A stretch of 60,653 nucleotides of DNA, counting the filler, from Nemertoderma westbladi (lineage: Eukaryota > Animalia > Xenacoelomorpha), in the NCBI GenBank assembly GCA_032718475.1. It is 3 parts of 3 records of this genome, joined end to end, with 100 filler letters (N's around TTAATTAATTAA, not from the genome) between each part and the next. Parts side by side here need not be neighbours in the genome. Positions count along the whole stretch, not along the records: positions 17,440 to 49,106 come from JAUCBJ010001703.1; 2 more parts are not named here. The stretch is one strand, 5' to 3'. The notes beneath the pieces were generated by a model. It did no database searches. It was not told the DNA's origin and saw nothing but the letters and a program-made list of their open reading frames with translations. Below, piece after piece: positions 24,006 through 37,569 of the stretch; the stretch's first letter is position 1; each line of letters opens with the position of its first letter. Made by a program: the position numbers and the translations under genes.

Positions 24006-26516
24006 AGCAGCCGAGTTGGACGAACAAAAACGAGTTTCGGAAGCGAGAGCCGAATTGAAAAAACGACAGATAAAGGCTCAAACAGCTATACGACTAGCGG
24101 AGTTCGAGGCGCAACAGCAACAGACGGAACAACGCGAGAAGGAAGTTAAACTTCATTTCGAACTCGAGAAGAAGGCGAGAGAATTAGCCAACGCTAAGGA
24201 AGATCTGGATCTACAAGCCCGCAATCGATCGATGAGATCTCGAGACGGACACGATCTAGACCGGTTAGAGGTAAGACATCGTCAAATTCAGGAACGAATG
24301 AAGGAAGGAAGCGTAGGAGCACCTGAGCGAGAACGGGAATTGGTTAAAGACTTATGTCAACGATTTCCACAAGTAACTCCAATGTTCGCACCAATTACGA
24401 ATAAAGGACCTGTTTCGATTGCTGGTAGTAGCAGTATATCTCCTATACACGATGCAACGGAACACAGGTATGTTATTCCGGACAAGTTTGTACCACCGAG
24501 AGCAACGTCATCGCCTATTCCGAGAGTCAAGGTAAGTAACCCACCGATTACAGATCGTAGTAGTTTATTAGTCGGACCTACATTAATAACGACTAAACAG
24601 GTGAGTCAACCATCGACACCAAAACCTGTGACACACTACACAAACTCAATCGTATTCAGGCCTTCAAGACCGTTAGACTCAGGCACCATACGACCACAAA
24701 TCCAGTTTACATCGCAATCTACGACTTCGAGGAAGACCTGCGAGCCTACCGAACAACGGAGATCAGTGGATAAGCGACCGCTTAATCAGTTTACATCGCA
24801 ATCTACGACTTCGAGGAAGACCTGCGAGCCTACCGAACAACGGAGATCAGTGGATAAGCGACCGCTTAATCAGTTTACATCGCAATCTACGACTTCGAGG
24901 AAGACCTGCGAGCCTACCGAATGACGGAAACCAGTAGACGATGTTCCGAAACGGAATGTTAGAATTCGGACAAACCAACGGACGCGAGCACGTCGGCCAC
25001 CGTATCCAGGTGATAGTAGTACTTCGAGTGAATCGGATTACCCGGAACGCGAAGTGTTTAGAACGGGAGCAGCCGATGAATACAAACGCGAGCGTTCAGA
25101 CAATTCCTTTATAGACAATCCTCCACAAAATACGCCAACACAGAAAGCGTTACAACCAACGGACGCGATCAGTACACAACAATTCGCCGACATTTTGCGA
25201 CCAGTTGTTAACAAGTTGGCTCAGATCGAGGAACGCTTGGAGGAAGTTCAAACGGATAGTTCGAGAAACACCGAATTCGAACACAATAGAAACCCGAAGG
25301 AGCCGCAAAGAGTGATACCTTCGAGAACCACCTCGTATCAAAGAAAAGCGCCAAGACGGGAGAACATCAACTCGATTGCCAACCAAGGACGCGAAACTTT
25401 GAATGTAGCCGAGGAGATAGCTAAATTCGCAGCCAGACAAGGACTACCGGTGCAACAACCACCTAAGTTTTCCGGTAACTCTAAACATTGGCACACGTTC
25501 GTAGACTACATCGAATCTCAAATTGCGGCGTGCGCTTTTACCTCAAGGGAAAAGTTCAACTATCTGCTTCAAACCTTGACGGGAGAACCAAAACGCTTAG
25601 CGGAGACTTTCGTTGGTGTACCAGATGCCTTCGAGTTAGCATACGATCGCTTAACTTCAATCTACGGAGGTACAGTCAGCATGGCCAAGTCAGTGATAGA
25701 AGAACTCTGTAAGGGGGGGCTATTACTAAACCCGTCGACTTACTAAAGCTAGCTGATGAAATAAAAAACGCTATCACTACCTTAAGATCTATTGGACAAC
25801 TCGATTACGGGAACACCCCTACAGTCCTATTAAAGATTATAGGAAGACTCCACCATCGACTTCGTCGGGAGTGGAGGAAGATCAAATACCAGCGCGAAGA
25901 AAGGGGTGGATTCTTGAAACTGGAAGATGTGTACTTATTAATATCCAGGGAAGCAGTGGTGGAGACTCAATCCAACTACACTGACCAACACATCGTAGCA
26001 GAAGGAATCACCTTACCATCCTCAAACCGACAAAAACCCCAGACAACATCCACCAAGACGGCCACTTACGCCACATCGACAGAAACCCGACAATTTTCGG
26101 ACGGTAGTAGAGTATCCGCACCTATTGGGATCAAACAGACCAGACAACAACTGAGTGCAGACTTTAGCGGTTGCCAATACTGCGAGCAGCTAGGCAAGCG
26201 GCATACTACTCACAAGTTAAGAGGTTGTCGGCTGTTTCGTGAGTTAAACTCGGAAGAACGACGGCTGCAGATACGGCCATTGGACTCTTGTTGGCGGTGT
26301 ACGCAACACGGACATGTTCGCAAGGACTGCCCAAATACGGACACCTGTCCTTCCTGTGGACGCAACCATGACGGCTTGCTCCACACGGACAGCCATACGC
26401 CGACCAAACGCTTCACTAGGGAACACCCAGAAGCAGCAGCGAAATGCAATACGGCCTACAAGAATCGTGAATCGAGAACGACACCAACCTTCGTGACGCA
26501 TATTCGGGATTGTTTT
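24006..26516 (+). pseudogene. BEL/Pao gag, disrupted
   Basis: Coiled coil, 84-bp coding repeats (24703-24921), LPVQQPPKFSGN..W..F..KFNYL..L.GE motif, and zinc knuckles C..C..H....C, CWRCTQHGHVRKDC, CPSCGRNHDGLLH. Stop at 24922 and frameshift near 25730. Confidence 0.85.
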
Positions 26517-26601
26517 GGCCTTGATACCGGGTGGGTTGAGCGTCAATCATTGGTACACATATCTGTTGGGCTGCGCCATCATTACATGTGTATCCACTGA
26601 A

Positions 26602-29600
26602 ATGTTATTGGTCTATATCTTAGGAAAACTAAAATATATAATTGGAGCCCTTTTACAACCAACTTTAGCTAGTATTTACTACAAGCAACGTACAATTAGG
26701 AAATTAAAACCACGAACAATTACAATTCATAACAGACACAGTATACATAGATTAAATAATAAACGGCAACCACATACAATAAGACTATACTCAGTTGGAA
26801 CCGCAGCCTATCTATTTGTAATCTACTTCGCGACATTTAATATACATACTAGACAGACCAAAGTTTGTACTAACTTACTAGTATGGGTCACCTTCATTCC
26901 ATTCTGTGCTATTGCTACTGGTACTATTTATATAAATTTTAAAATTAATATAAAAAATAATATGTCCTTGAGAGTCAACGTAATTATATTTCTAATTATA
27001 TATATTTCGATATGGCAAATTAAAATTGTACAAAGACATGATTGCGTAAAAAAATTATCATTTAAACCAGCAATAACTAAAAGAGATTTAAAAAATTTTC
27101 AGCGTAATCATAAAACATACAGTCGGGGTCTCAAAGTGCATCTGTTCTTTGAGATTTTCTCAAAGAACTAAAAGTGTCTCAAATTTCTAAAAGTGGTCCA
27201 AGAAAATGACAAAGTGTCCTCAAAGATTTCAAAGTAGTACTGTCAGTCATTTCATACAGTCCTGCCTGTAGCTGGCTATAGTATGGGGTATATTGACTTT
27301 GACTATAGGGTAAAATATAAGTAATAAAAACCGCTATGAAACAATAAAAATGCCTCCAAAAAATACTGCAGTAATAAATATTTGTTACTGAAAGTAAGAA
27401 TTAAACTTACTGCAGTAATAAAAAATTGTCTTTTTCTGCAGTAACAAATAATTTGTTACTGCAGTATAAATTTTTATTCAATTATTTATTAATTTATTAA
27501 TATTGATTATTGCAGTAATAAATATTTGTTACTGCAGTTATATATATTTGTTACTGCAGTAATAAATATTTGTTACTGCAGTAATTGTTATATGTTACTG
27601 CAGTAACTAATATTTAATACAGCAGTATTTTTTGTAGGTATTTTTATTGTTTCATAGAGGATTTTATCAATTTATATTTTGAATCTTTAGAGACGCCATA
27701 ATTGCGGGCTATCGGAATGTGTTGGTGTTTGTGTCATAGACAGTTTGTCTGTTGCCCTATCTATATTAATGTATAGTGCTAAAACTGTACTGTTTTAATT
27801 TGTTTAGCCCACGTGAACGCCGAATACCTTTACCAATGCATTTCAATGGTCAACCAGCCATACTTTGCCGCACTGTAAATTGTGTTATACAAAGTAAAGA
27901 ATAACGATAGAGGCAGGAATAAAGATAAATGATTCAAGCGCACTAATTGGCTGTTCCCATAGATGTTTTAGGCATTGTTGGTGCGCAATGCATATGGTCA
28001 GAGCGTCCGCCCAGTCTGCCAAAATCTATTATGTAATCAAATGGTACCACAATCCAAGCAAAGCATGTGACAGTTCTTTCCGACTTTGCACCTGTTTGTT
28101 TGAAGGTCGCCGTCCGTGGGTCGCTGCTCACTAGCTGTGATTGATAGTTTAAACTGGGTGCCGCTTTGTCAGAAGGCGGTACACATCAATTGAATATGAG
28201 GCAAACATTTAAAATACGCTCAAATATAAACGCCAGCGGCAGGGGATATTTTAATATCTCTATTAAGCTAAAACAACACAAGATTGTAGCCGTTCTATCG
28301 TACTTGAAAGTCGAAAGCCTTTCTTAGTTTTTAAGAAGGAATTCTCGCGCTCTCGTCAACATAGTTATCATATTAATTAAACAGTTAAGGTAGTACGGTT
28401 TGACCTGAGGTGACTAATGAAATGAATAACAAAAGTTATTACAAGCTTTCTCCCAACAGGGCTTCTTTAAGTCATTATAATGAAACTGCGTATACACAGA
28501 GAGAGATACTACAGTGCAGGTTCTCTTATATTAATTGTTAACCTGATATTGTATTATGTTATTAAAATAATCAATCTTGTCAAGCATTAATCTTGTTTCA
28601 GTAATTATGTTTAATGTATTATTTGAATGAATGTTTTTTAGAAAGACTTTAGGGTGTCGTAAATTCAATTTGTACTTGCGACCGAAAACCCATCCCTTAA
28701 TGACCTCAGGAACCTCAATTTGATAAATTAATGGGAATATAGCTTCTATGCAACAACTGGCCAGCACACAAGTATCACTTTGTTGCCCGGATGCCCGCAT
28801 AATATTGTTCCCCGAGAATGCCTCTGCCTCTCAGTTAACTTACTACGAGCTGTCAATCAGGAACTCCTCGGAGTTTATTTTCTCAAAGAATTAAAAGTGC
28901 GCAAACTACCTCAAAGTGACATTTCTCAAAGAATTCAAAGAATTCAAAGTGCCTAAAAGCAGGAAATCACTTTGAGATTCCCAACTAAAAGTGTCTACAA
29001 GAATTCAAAGCGGCCGTTGGGAGTAATGTAATGACTTTTAGACACTTTTAGAAAAACTTTGAGAAAAACTCAAAGAACAGATGCACTTTGAGACCCCGAC
29101 TGTATTGTATACTATTTTTCCAGGTACTGTGGCGGTCGTTTAAAATTTACCTTATTTCAGGGATAGATATTATGATAATATTATCATTAACAGGGAATGG
29201 TTTACTTTACAGGGCAGGTGACGTACATAAAAACCCAGGTCCACGACAGAAAGTAACAAGCACTAAAAATAATACACCCAGCAGCTTATCTGAAATTCGT
29301 AGTTACCTAATAAATAATCCAAATGAATTAAAATTTATTCATATTAATATCAGAAGCCTACAAAAACATTACACTAATATAAGAGATATATTTGCAGGGA
29401 TTGATAATAATAATACAATAATAGGTATCTCTGAGACATGGCTCAAACCTAGAATCTCTAATCGATCGATCAAGCTACCCGGATTTAGTGTATATAGATG
29501 CGATCGTAAAAGAAAACGTGGTGGGGGTGTCGCTATATATATACCAGATTCCCTTGAGCAGAAAATTAGACCAGACATAAAATCAAATACAAATAAAAAA

Positions 29601-32249
29601 AAATCATACGAATCAGTTTGGGTTGAGGTGCAGAACCAATTTATGGTGGGGATAGCTTATAACCCTTCTGTGCATCAAGCTACAACATTTCTGAATAATT
29701 TTAATACTGAAATTGAGAATGCAACCAATAGCTCAGCTTCCAAAGTTCTAATAATGGGAGATTTTAATATAAATGTTACTAATACGGAAAGCAATATTAC
29801 CAAGGAATTGTGTGACGTAGTATCGCTCTATGACCTAAAGTTTTCCGATACAACTAAACCTACACGGTACAGTAAACAAAAATTTTCTCTTTTAGACGTA
29901 TTCATTTCATCTTTCTCAAATAATATAATGGAGCATCACACATTTCCATGTGATGTATCGGATCACGAATTTATAGCGATTAAATTAAAATCAAGTCTTG
30001 TAAGGTCATCCGAAATGAACAGGCCTATATGGCGAGAATTCAGAGATTTTGATAAATTTGATGAAAAGGGCTTTTTAATTGACATAAATAATATAAACTG
30101 GTCATTTCTCTATTCGGATCAAACCACTGATATTAAATATGATTGCTTTGAAGATAATCTTGAAAGTGTACTTAATAAACATGCACCATTAAAAAAGAAA
30201 TTATATAAACCTGTAAGTAACTCGCAGCAAAATAAGCATCTACCACCATGGTGGGATAAAGAATTGCAAAAACTATTCGATGAGAAGCAGATGAACCTCC
30301 GTAAATGGCGTAACTCAAAGAAACTTAATGATCACAAAATATTTAAAAATAGTAGAAATGCTTTTAATGCCTTAAACAGTAAAAATAAAAACAAATACGT
30401 TCAAAGTCAATTCAGGGAAGCAGCCTCACCAAGTGACAAATGGAAGATAATAAACAATCTCCTTAATAAAAGTAGTAAGAACAGCACAATAAAGCAATTA
30501 ACCAACTCAAACTGTGTACTTGTAAATACAAGCAAAGGGATCGCGGAAATTCTAAATAATACATACATTGCTATGGGAAAATTCACTGGACTAACATGTA
30601 CGATCCGAAATTCAGGTCTAATTTCAACTAATAATAAAACTAATTTAAATTGTCAATTCGGATTCGTTAACGTGGATGAAATTACAGTAGATAACATATT
30701 TTCTAAAATAAATACAAATAAATCACCAGGCCCTTCAAAATTACCTCCCAAAATTATAAAATTGTTGGGGCCCAAAATAATATTTCAATTTACATATTTA
30801 ATAAATGAATGCATCACAAGATCAATATTTCCAAAACGCTTAAAATACGCTGATGTTACTCCTTTATTCAAAAATGGTGATAGGAGTGATCCAGTGAATT
30901 ACAGACCAATTTCGGTAACGTCGACCTTAGAAAAAGTATTCGAAAAAGTATTATACAACCAGATAAGTGATTACCTAAATAAAAATAATTTGATAAACAA
31001 AACGCAATTTGGTTTTCGTAGGGGTTTTTCAACACGGGACGCAATAATTTATGCCACTGAAACTTGGAGGTACAGCCTAAACCAAAATAAACACGTAGCC
31101 GTAGGTGCACTAGACCTAAGTAAAGCATTTAATTCTCTAGACCATTCAATTCTTTTAGGTAAGCTAGTAGAATTAGGATTTCATGGCACTTCAATTAATA
31201 TGATTAATAGTTTTCTCTATCCACGATATCAACGCACTAAAGCAAATGGTGTTTTCTCCACTTGGCAGCTCGTACCTAGAGGAATTCCACAGGGGACCAT
31301 TCTAGGGCCAATATTGTTTGTAATTTATGTCAATTCCATAGCAAATATACCGGATATACACTTGATACAGTACGCAGATGATACACTTATATACTGTACA
31401 AATAAGGATCCTCTAAAAGCATCACAAACCTTAGAAAAACACATACTCGCACTTGAAGAAATATTTTCAGACCTAAAACTAAAATTGAACAATAAAAAAA
31501 CCGAATTCATGCTTATAAGCCCGCATTCTAGAACACCTGATATAGAGGAGATTGTCTTAAAAATTAATCCGAATACGATAATTAACCAATCCAAATCAAT
31601 TAAATATTTAGGTATACTAATAGACAACAGAATGGAATGGAGGGAACACATCAACGATATAAAACATAAAATGACACAAGCAATCTCCGGACTACGACAG
31701 ATAAAAGGACAGTTACCACTCAAATCTAAACTTAATATATACAAGGCGACAGTCCTACCATATCATAACTATTGCTGCGAGGTCCTAATTTCAATACAAA
31801 ACAGTTACGGTGCAAAGGGAATACTTTACGGGTTAGAAAAAATACAAAATTACGGCTTAAGGGTAGTGTATAGCAAGAAAAACAAGGACATGACAGGAAC
31901 CGAATTACGAACCAAAGCAAAACTTCCTACACTGACAGCTCTACGAGAATACTTTGTATTAAAATTTTACTACAAATATATATTTAATCTAAGTACACCA
32001 TTTAAGAAACTACAACTACCATTTCTTAATAGTATAAGAACAAACGCATACTTAATAAATCCCAGAACACATAATATTAAAATACCTACTACTAGGAACA
32101 ACTACGGATTTAAAAGTTTAACTGTCAGTGCTACAAAAATCTGGAACGCATCTCTTATTACTCTAAAACAAATACGAAAACTAAAAACATACATGGATAG
32201 CATTAAAAATCATTATTATACAATATATGACCGTGACTCCATAACATAG
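26602..32249 (+). CDS. LINE polyprotein: hydrophobic N-terminus, 2A-like motif, APE endonuclease, RT (interrupted by the MITE at 27120-29102)
   Basis: Removing the MITE and one TA gives one open frame of 1221 codons. GDVHKNPGP at 29217-29243. APE motifs NIRSL, GISETWL, GGGVAIY, GDFN, SDH. RT motifs YRPIS, QFGFR, GIPQGTILGP, YADD, YLG. Confidence 0.88.
27120..29102. mobile_element. Non-autonomous Tc1/mariner-type element, copy 2
   Basis: TIRs CAGTCGGGGTCTCAAAGTGCATCTGTTCTTTGAG at both ends. TA TSD at 27118-27119 and 29103-29104. Confidence 0.92.
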
Positions 32250-32597
32250 CAACAAGTAACTTATACAACTTAGAATATACTGTGATAAAGTAAATAATTA
32301 ATGTGTGTACGTATGTGTGGGTGGTGTAGTATGTGTGAAATAATGGTGTTTGTAATTGTAAGTATGGGGTGTGTGTGTCTACGCGCCAATGTATTGGGTA
32401 TGTATGTATAACATCAATATGACACCGTGGATACACAGTAATGTAATTAGTGTAGGTCAAGGATTTGTCTGCCATACATGACGCTTATTCCCATAAATTA
32501 TCAGCCGGGGCCACCCTCCATACTGCCTTCAATTATTTTATATATTTGAAGTTTTGGGAATAAAAGAATTTATTATTATTATTATTATTATTGTTTT

Positions 32598-35500
32598 CCG
32601 GAGCAGTCTGGGTCTTCTGATGAAGAATACGAAGACGAAGACATATACTCAGATGGAGACGAACAACCATCGATTGCGCTTCTGACACCTGACCAACTAA
32701 AAGGATTCAGCGTAATTCCTATTAAGATTACTGGCACCAAAGGGAGCAAAAGGATCTACGCTATTCTAGATTCAGCCTCATCTCACAGCTATGTGGACGA
32801 GAAGGTAGCTGACGTCGTGACGGATCTCCGACAAGGAAAGAATGTCAAATACACTGTAAGTAGTATGCATGGACAACGTGCAAAACCAGTGACACGAGTT
32901 AAGTTAAACTTAGACACTCTTCTTCCGAAATCGCAACACAGCGAAAAGCTACCTTTTAAGGATTTGACTTTTGCAGCCACAAAGGACTTTAGTAATCTAC
33001 TGGGTCCAGTGCCAGAACAATCCTTAGAGGACCGTAAGTATTTCAGACACCTTGGTGTACCTGAATGTCCTGTTAATTATCGGTCGGTAGCAATGCTGAT
33101 CGGGACAGATCAATTCAACTTACATCAAGTGTGGGAAACCAGACCATCGGTAGTCGTAGCAGGAAATGCATACGCCTGCAGAACTCCGATAGGTTGGTAT
33201 ACTTGAGCGCCTGTGCGCACACTAGATCTAAGTGATGAGGAAGACGATGTACAAAGTACATGTAGTTTATTAACTACAACTTCGACTCATTCCTTTTCAC
33301 ACGACAAGGACTATACTACACTACGCTCGACAAAACACAACAACGTTACAAGTACGACGTGTGTAGCGAGTACGATAAGTCACAAAGAGCAGCCAATCCA
33401 CCAGGTTAGTGTAAAGATTGAGAAGGAGCGGAGTCAAGCAGAGGTTCCATCAACGATAGATGATAACACCGGAAGGCTTGTGAGTCTACCTCAACCAATA
33501 ACTTTAACAACGCCCGTCGATGATGACGCGTTAAGAAATCATCAAGTGGAACAAGCTGCACTGGACAAAGAATTAACAGAGAAAACCATCAGGTGGTTGG
33601 AACAAGACACAGCCGAACCTGGTAGTTACGAACCATGTATGTCGGAACAAGAGAAACAATCTTTGAAGATCATGGAAGATACTATCCGCCAGACGAAAGA
33701 CGGACATTATGAGGTAGGGATGCTATGGCGTAACCAACGTCCTAAACTTACAAATAATTATCCGCTAGCTTTAAGACGTTTACACTCAATACGACAACGT
33801 TTATTAAAGGACGAGAAAGCCCATCTGCAGTATAATACTCAGATGGAGACGTATTTGACAAAAGGGTACGCTATCAGAATGACTAACCCAGAGATTGTGA
33901 CAGACCAGACATACTACTTGCCACATCACTACGTGAGACACCCCGATAAACCAGACAAAGTACGTGTAGTTAATGACTGCGCGGCTCTGTTTGAGGGAAT
34001 GTCCCTCAATAGTGAGTTGATGGATGGACCAAACATGAATAATTATCTCATGGGGGTGATTATGCGCTTCCGTCAGCGCCAAGTAGCATTTACTTATGAC
34101 GTAGAAGCGATGTTTCACCAAGTGCGAGCGTTAGAGCGAGACAGAGACAGTTTGAGGTTCCTCTGGTACCCGGATGGAGACTTAAGTCAACCACCGGCGA
34201 CTTACCAAATGCAAGTTCGCGTTTTCGGTGCCAGGGACAGCCCAAACTGCACTATGTACGCCCTAAAGCAAACCGCTAGGGATCAGAAACATAAATATGA
34301 CCCAGAGGTAATCCAAATCGTAGAGCGAGACTTTTATGTGGACGATGGATTACAAAGTTGTGACACAGTAGAACGTGCTATCACAGTAGCACATCAATTA
34401 CGGGACTGTTTAGCTGGCGGAGGTTTTAACCTCACCAAGTTTGCCTCAAACAGTGCCGAATTAGTAAATTCATTCGAAACGACTGAACGTGGGGGTGGTG
34501 ACATTGACTTAGAGTTTGAACCACTACCGACGACCAAGGTGTTGGGACTATTTTGGGACCCGAACACAGACAACTTTCGAGTGAAAGTAAAACTGGACGC
34601 TGAAGGGGATTCTCTGACAAAGAGGTCTTGCTTGTCGAAACTAAGCAGACTGTTCAATCCATTAGGTTTCATCAGCCCAATAATATTCTTGCTTGCAAGA
34701 ATATATATGCGCAGTATTTGGAAAGATGGACTGACATAGGACGAACCGATCTCATCCGAACAAGTGGACTTATGGAAGACTTGGGAGGCGCAATTATCTT
34801 CGCTAGAGGATTATTCCATACCCCGGGTGTACTTTCCATTACAGACGACATTTCCTGACAACTTAGAATTACATTGTTTTTCCGACGCCAGTGACAACGG
34901 CTTTGGAGTGACAGCGTATTTGCGCAGACAAGTAGACTCAGATGAGTTTGATGTATCGCTCATTACTTCTAAGGCTAAAACAATGCCTACTAAGTATATG
35001 ACGACACCACGCGCTGAGCTACAAGCCGCAACTCTGTCAACAACAATTGTAAACCTCATACAGACTGAACTACAGTCAGGTTTACAGATATTTTATTGGA
35101 CTGACGCGACGTTAGTTTTATTTTATATAAACAACGACACACTTGAATTCAAGACATTCGTAGCTAACCGTCGCGCAGAAATTCTAGACCGTTCAATAAA
35201 GGAAGATTGGCGACATTGTCCCGGACCACAAAATCCAGCTGATATTGCGTCGCGAGGAATGATGCCTGAGGAATTCTGTAAACCGGGAAACAAGGAATTT
35301 TGGCAACACGGACCACAATTCTTACAAAGAGCAACACAACATTGGCCGCCACTATACGATAACAAGTCTAACACTATTCCTAAGGACGCCGAAATTAAAA
35401 AACCAAAGAAAGGTAAAGCAAAGAAAAAGACAACGGCGAAACTTAAAAAGAAACCAAAGGCGAAATGGAAGAATATAACTCACAAAGTTAGGGCAGGAAG

Positions 35501-37569
35501 ACTTGCGAGCCTTTCTCAACCAGATGTATCGCCAGACGGTCAACCAGACATGTTACTAAACGTATCGCCAGACGGTCAACTAGACACGTTACCAGATGCT
35601 AAACCAGACACGTTACCAGACGGGCAACTGGACATTTTGCCAGACATGTCACTAGACGTTTCGCCGGATGTTCCGCGAAACATTTTACCAGACATTTCAC
35701 AAGATGTTCTACCAGACATTAGTAATGTAGTGACACATAGTAAAGCCGCAGTTTCCCTATTGGAGCGGCCTTCTATTGACAAACTACCAAATTTGACACC
35801 CTTGAGTAACCATAAGTACAGTGAAACCTCATGTATTACAAATGTGGGTAGTACCTACGCAAATGTAAATACAGGTGTTACTTTACGCTCAAGAGACATA
35901 CCAAACTTACAACCTACGGTGAGACCTGGGATAAATATCGGCAGAAAAATAAGTTTACCGAAACCCAGTGATCCCATAGAGTTAAAACCACCATTAGGGA
36001 TCGACACACAAAGTATTGACTTACCTGATGACGTCATAAATACTTACGTCGACCGCATTGTAAACCTGACAGATACTTGGACCAACGCGTGCCGAAAATT
36101 AGCGTGGATTGTACGTTTTGTACAATACGTTAAAGGCAAACGCGACTTTACACGTCGACTTACATTGACTGAGATTGACAGATGTGAAATTAAATTAATT
36201 CGCCATTATCAATTGCGATATTTCGCACGCGAATTCACATCTATAAGTCAAGGTCAACCAATCAAGTCGTCACCAATATTGAGTTGGAGTCCGATAATTT
36301 ATAATGGCTTAATTTGTCATAAATCTCGGCTTCAAAACATTGACTTTAATACTGATTTTAGGTACCCAATAATAATACCACAACATCACGAATTACAACG
36401 TGCAATGATACTGGACGCACATTTACATCTGAAACACGCTGGAAGACACCACTGTCTTTCCTACTTACGTACAAGATTTGTATTAATTAGACCCAGTAAA
36501 GCGTTAAGTTCAGTGACGCGCATGTGTATTATTTGTAAAAAGGTACATTCTAGAATAAGTACCCAAGAAATGAGTGAACTCCCACAAGCACGACTACAGG
36601 CATTCAGAGACAGAGGCATTCAGAGGCTTCACAGAGACTGGAATTGACTGCTTTGGTCCCATACATACGAAACGTGGACGTATACTAGTAAAACGCTGGG
36701 GACTGATTTTCACATGTATGTCCAGTAGGGCAGTTCATATAGAACGTGTGATGGATCTTTCCACCAACGCTTTTATACTAGCATTGCGGCGATTTATCGC
36801 TAGACACGGACTAGTAAAATGCTTGTACTCAGACCAAGGTACAAACTTTGTTGGTGCTCGAAATGAAATTGCTAGAGCCTTTAAAAAATTAGATCATGAT
36901 CAAATCTCAAACGAACTACGTCCTTACAAAATTGTTTGGAAGTTTAATCCTCCAGACAGTCCATGGAGAGGCGGAGTCTGGGAGAGATTGATTAGATCTA
37001 TAAAAACAGCCATGGCGAAAGTAATTCCAGTAAACCACATCTTGACAGACGACCAACTGACAACATTGTTTGTTGAAATCGAGGCAATACTAAATACTAG
37101 ACCAATAGTATTAGTACCCGATGACAAACAATCCCAGTTTGCTTTAACACTGGCACACCTGCTAATGCAGGCACCGACTTCTTTGTTGCCTATTTCTATT
37201 CCAATAGAAGGCGATAGCTATGGTAGAAAAGCGTGGAAAATCACGCAACTACTAGGAAACAAATTCTGGGAAATATGGCAAAATCATTATTTGCCCTCTA
37301 TTTCTGCCAGAACAACTTGGTACAACAATACTCGCGCTTTAAGAGCGGGAGATCATGTGCTGTTAGCAGAAGTGAATCTAAAAAGACGCTTCTGGATAAC
37401 AGGTGTAATTTTAGACACACATCCATCTATGGATGGAGTGACAAGAACTGTGACGGTACGAACAATTGACGGTCGTACAGTAGACAGACCGACCCAACGT
37501 CTCGTATTTCTTGAAGAGACGCGAAACAAGTCTGGAGATTACAAGTCTCCAACAAATGTTAGTAAATAG
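32598..37569 (+). pseudogene. BEL/Pao pol (protease, RT, RNase H, integrase), disrupted
   Basis: Protease ILDSAS. RT YLPHH, DVEAMFHQV, FG..SP, FYVDD. RNase H FSDAS, PRAELQAA, WTDA, NPADIASRG. Integrase HHCC, IDCFGP, SDQGTNF, GGVWERL. Stops at 33204 and 34737, frameshift near 36600. Confidence 0.92.

Larger units (their letters stand above)
26517..32589 (+). mobile_element. CR1/L2-group (Crack/Daphne-like) LINE inserted in the BEL gag-pol
   Basis: TSD ATTGTTTT at 26509-26516 and 32590-32597. AATAAA and (TTA)n tail. Removing it restores the BEL frame HIRDCF|PEQSGS...YAILDSAS. Confidence 0.9.

Noticed and set aside
23989-24924. 311-aa ORF as a complete gene
   Set aside because: Its first codons come from the Maverick terminus; the rest is mid-gag of the BEL element.
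26517-26600. HDV-like ribozyme at the GGCC start of the LINE
   Set aside because: I could not find a complementary P1 strand or the nested pseudoknot pairings.
29088-29102. Start of ORF 29088..32249 as the LINE start codon
   Set aside because: These bases are the MITE TIR; the real frame continues from before 27120.
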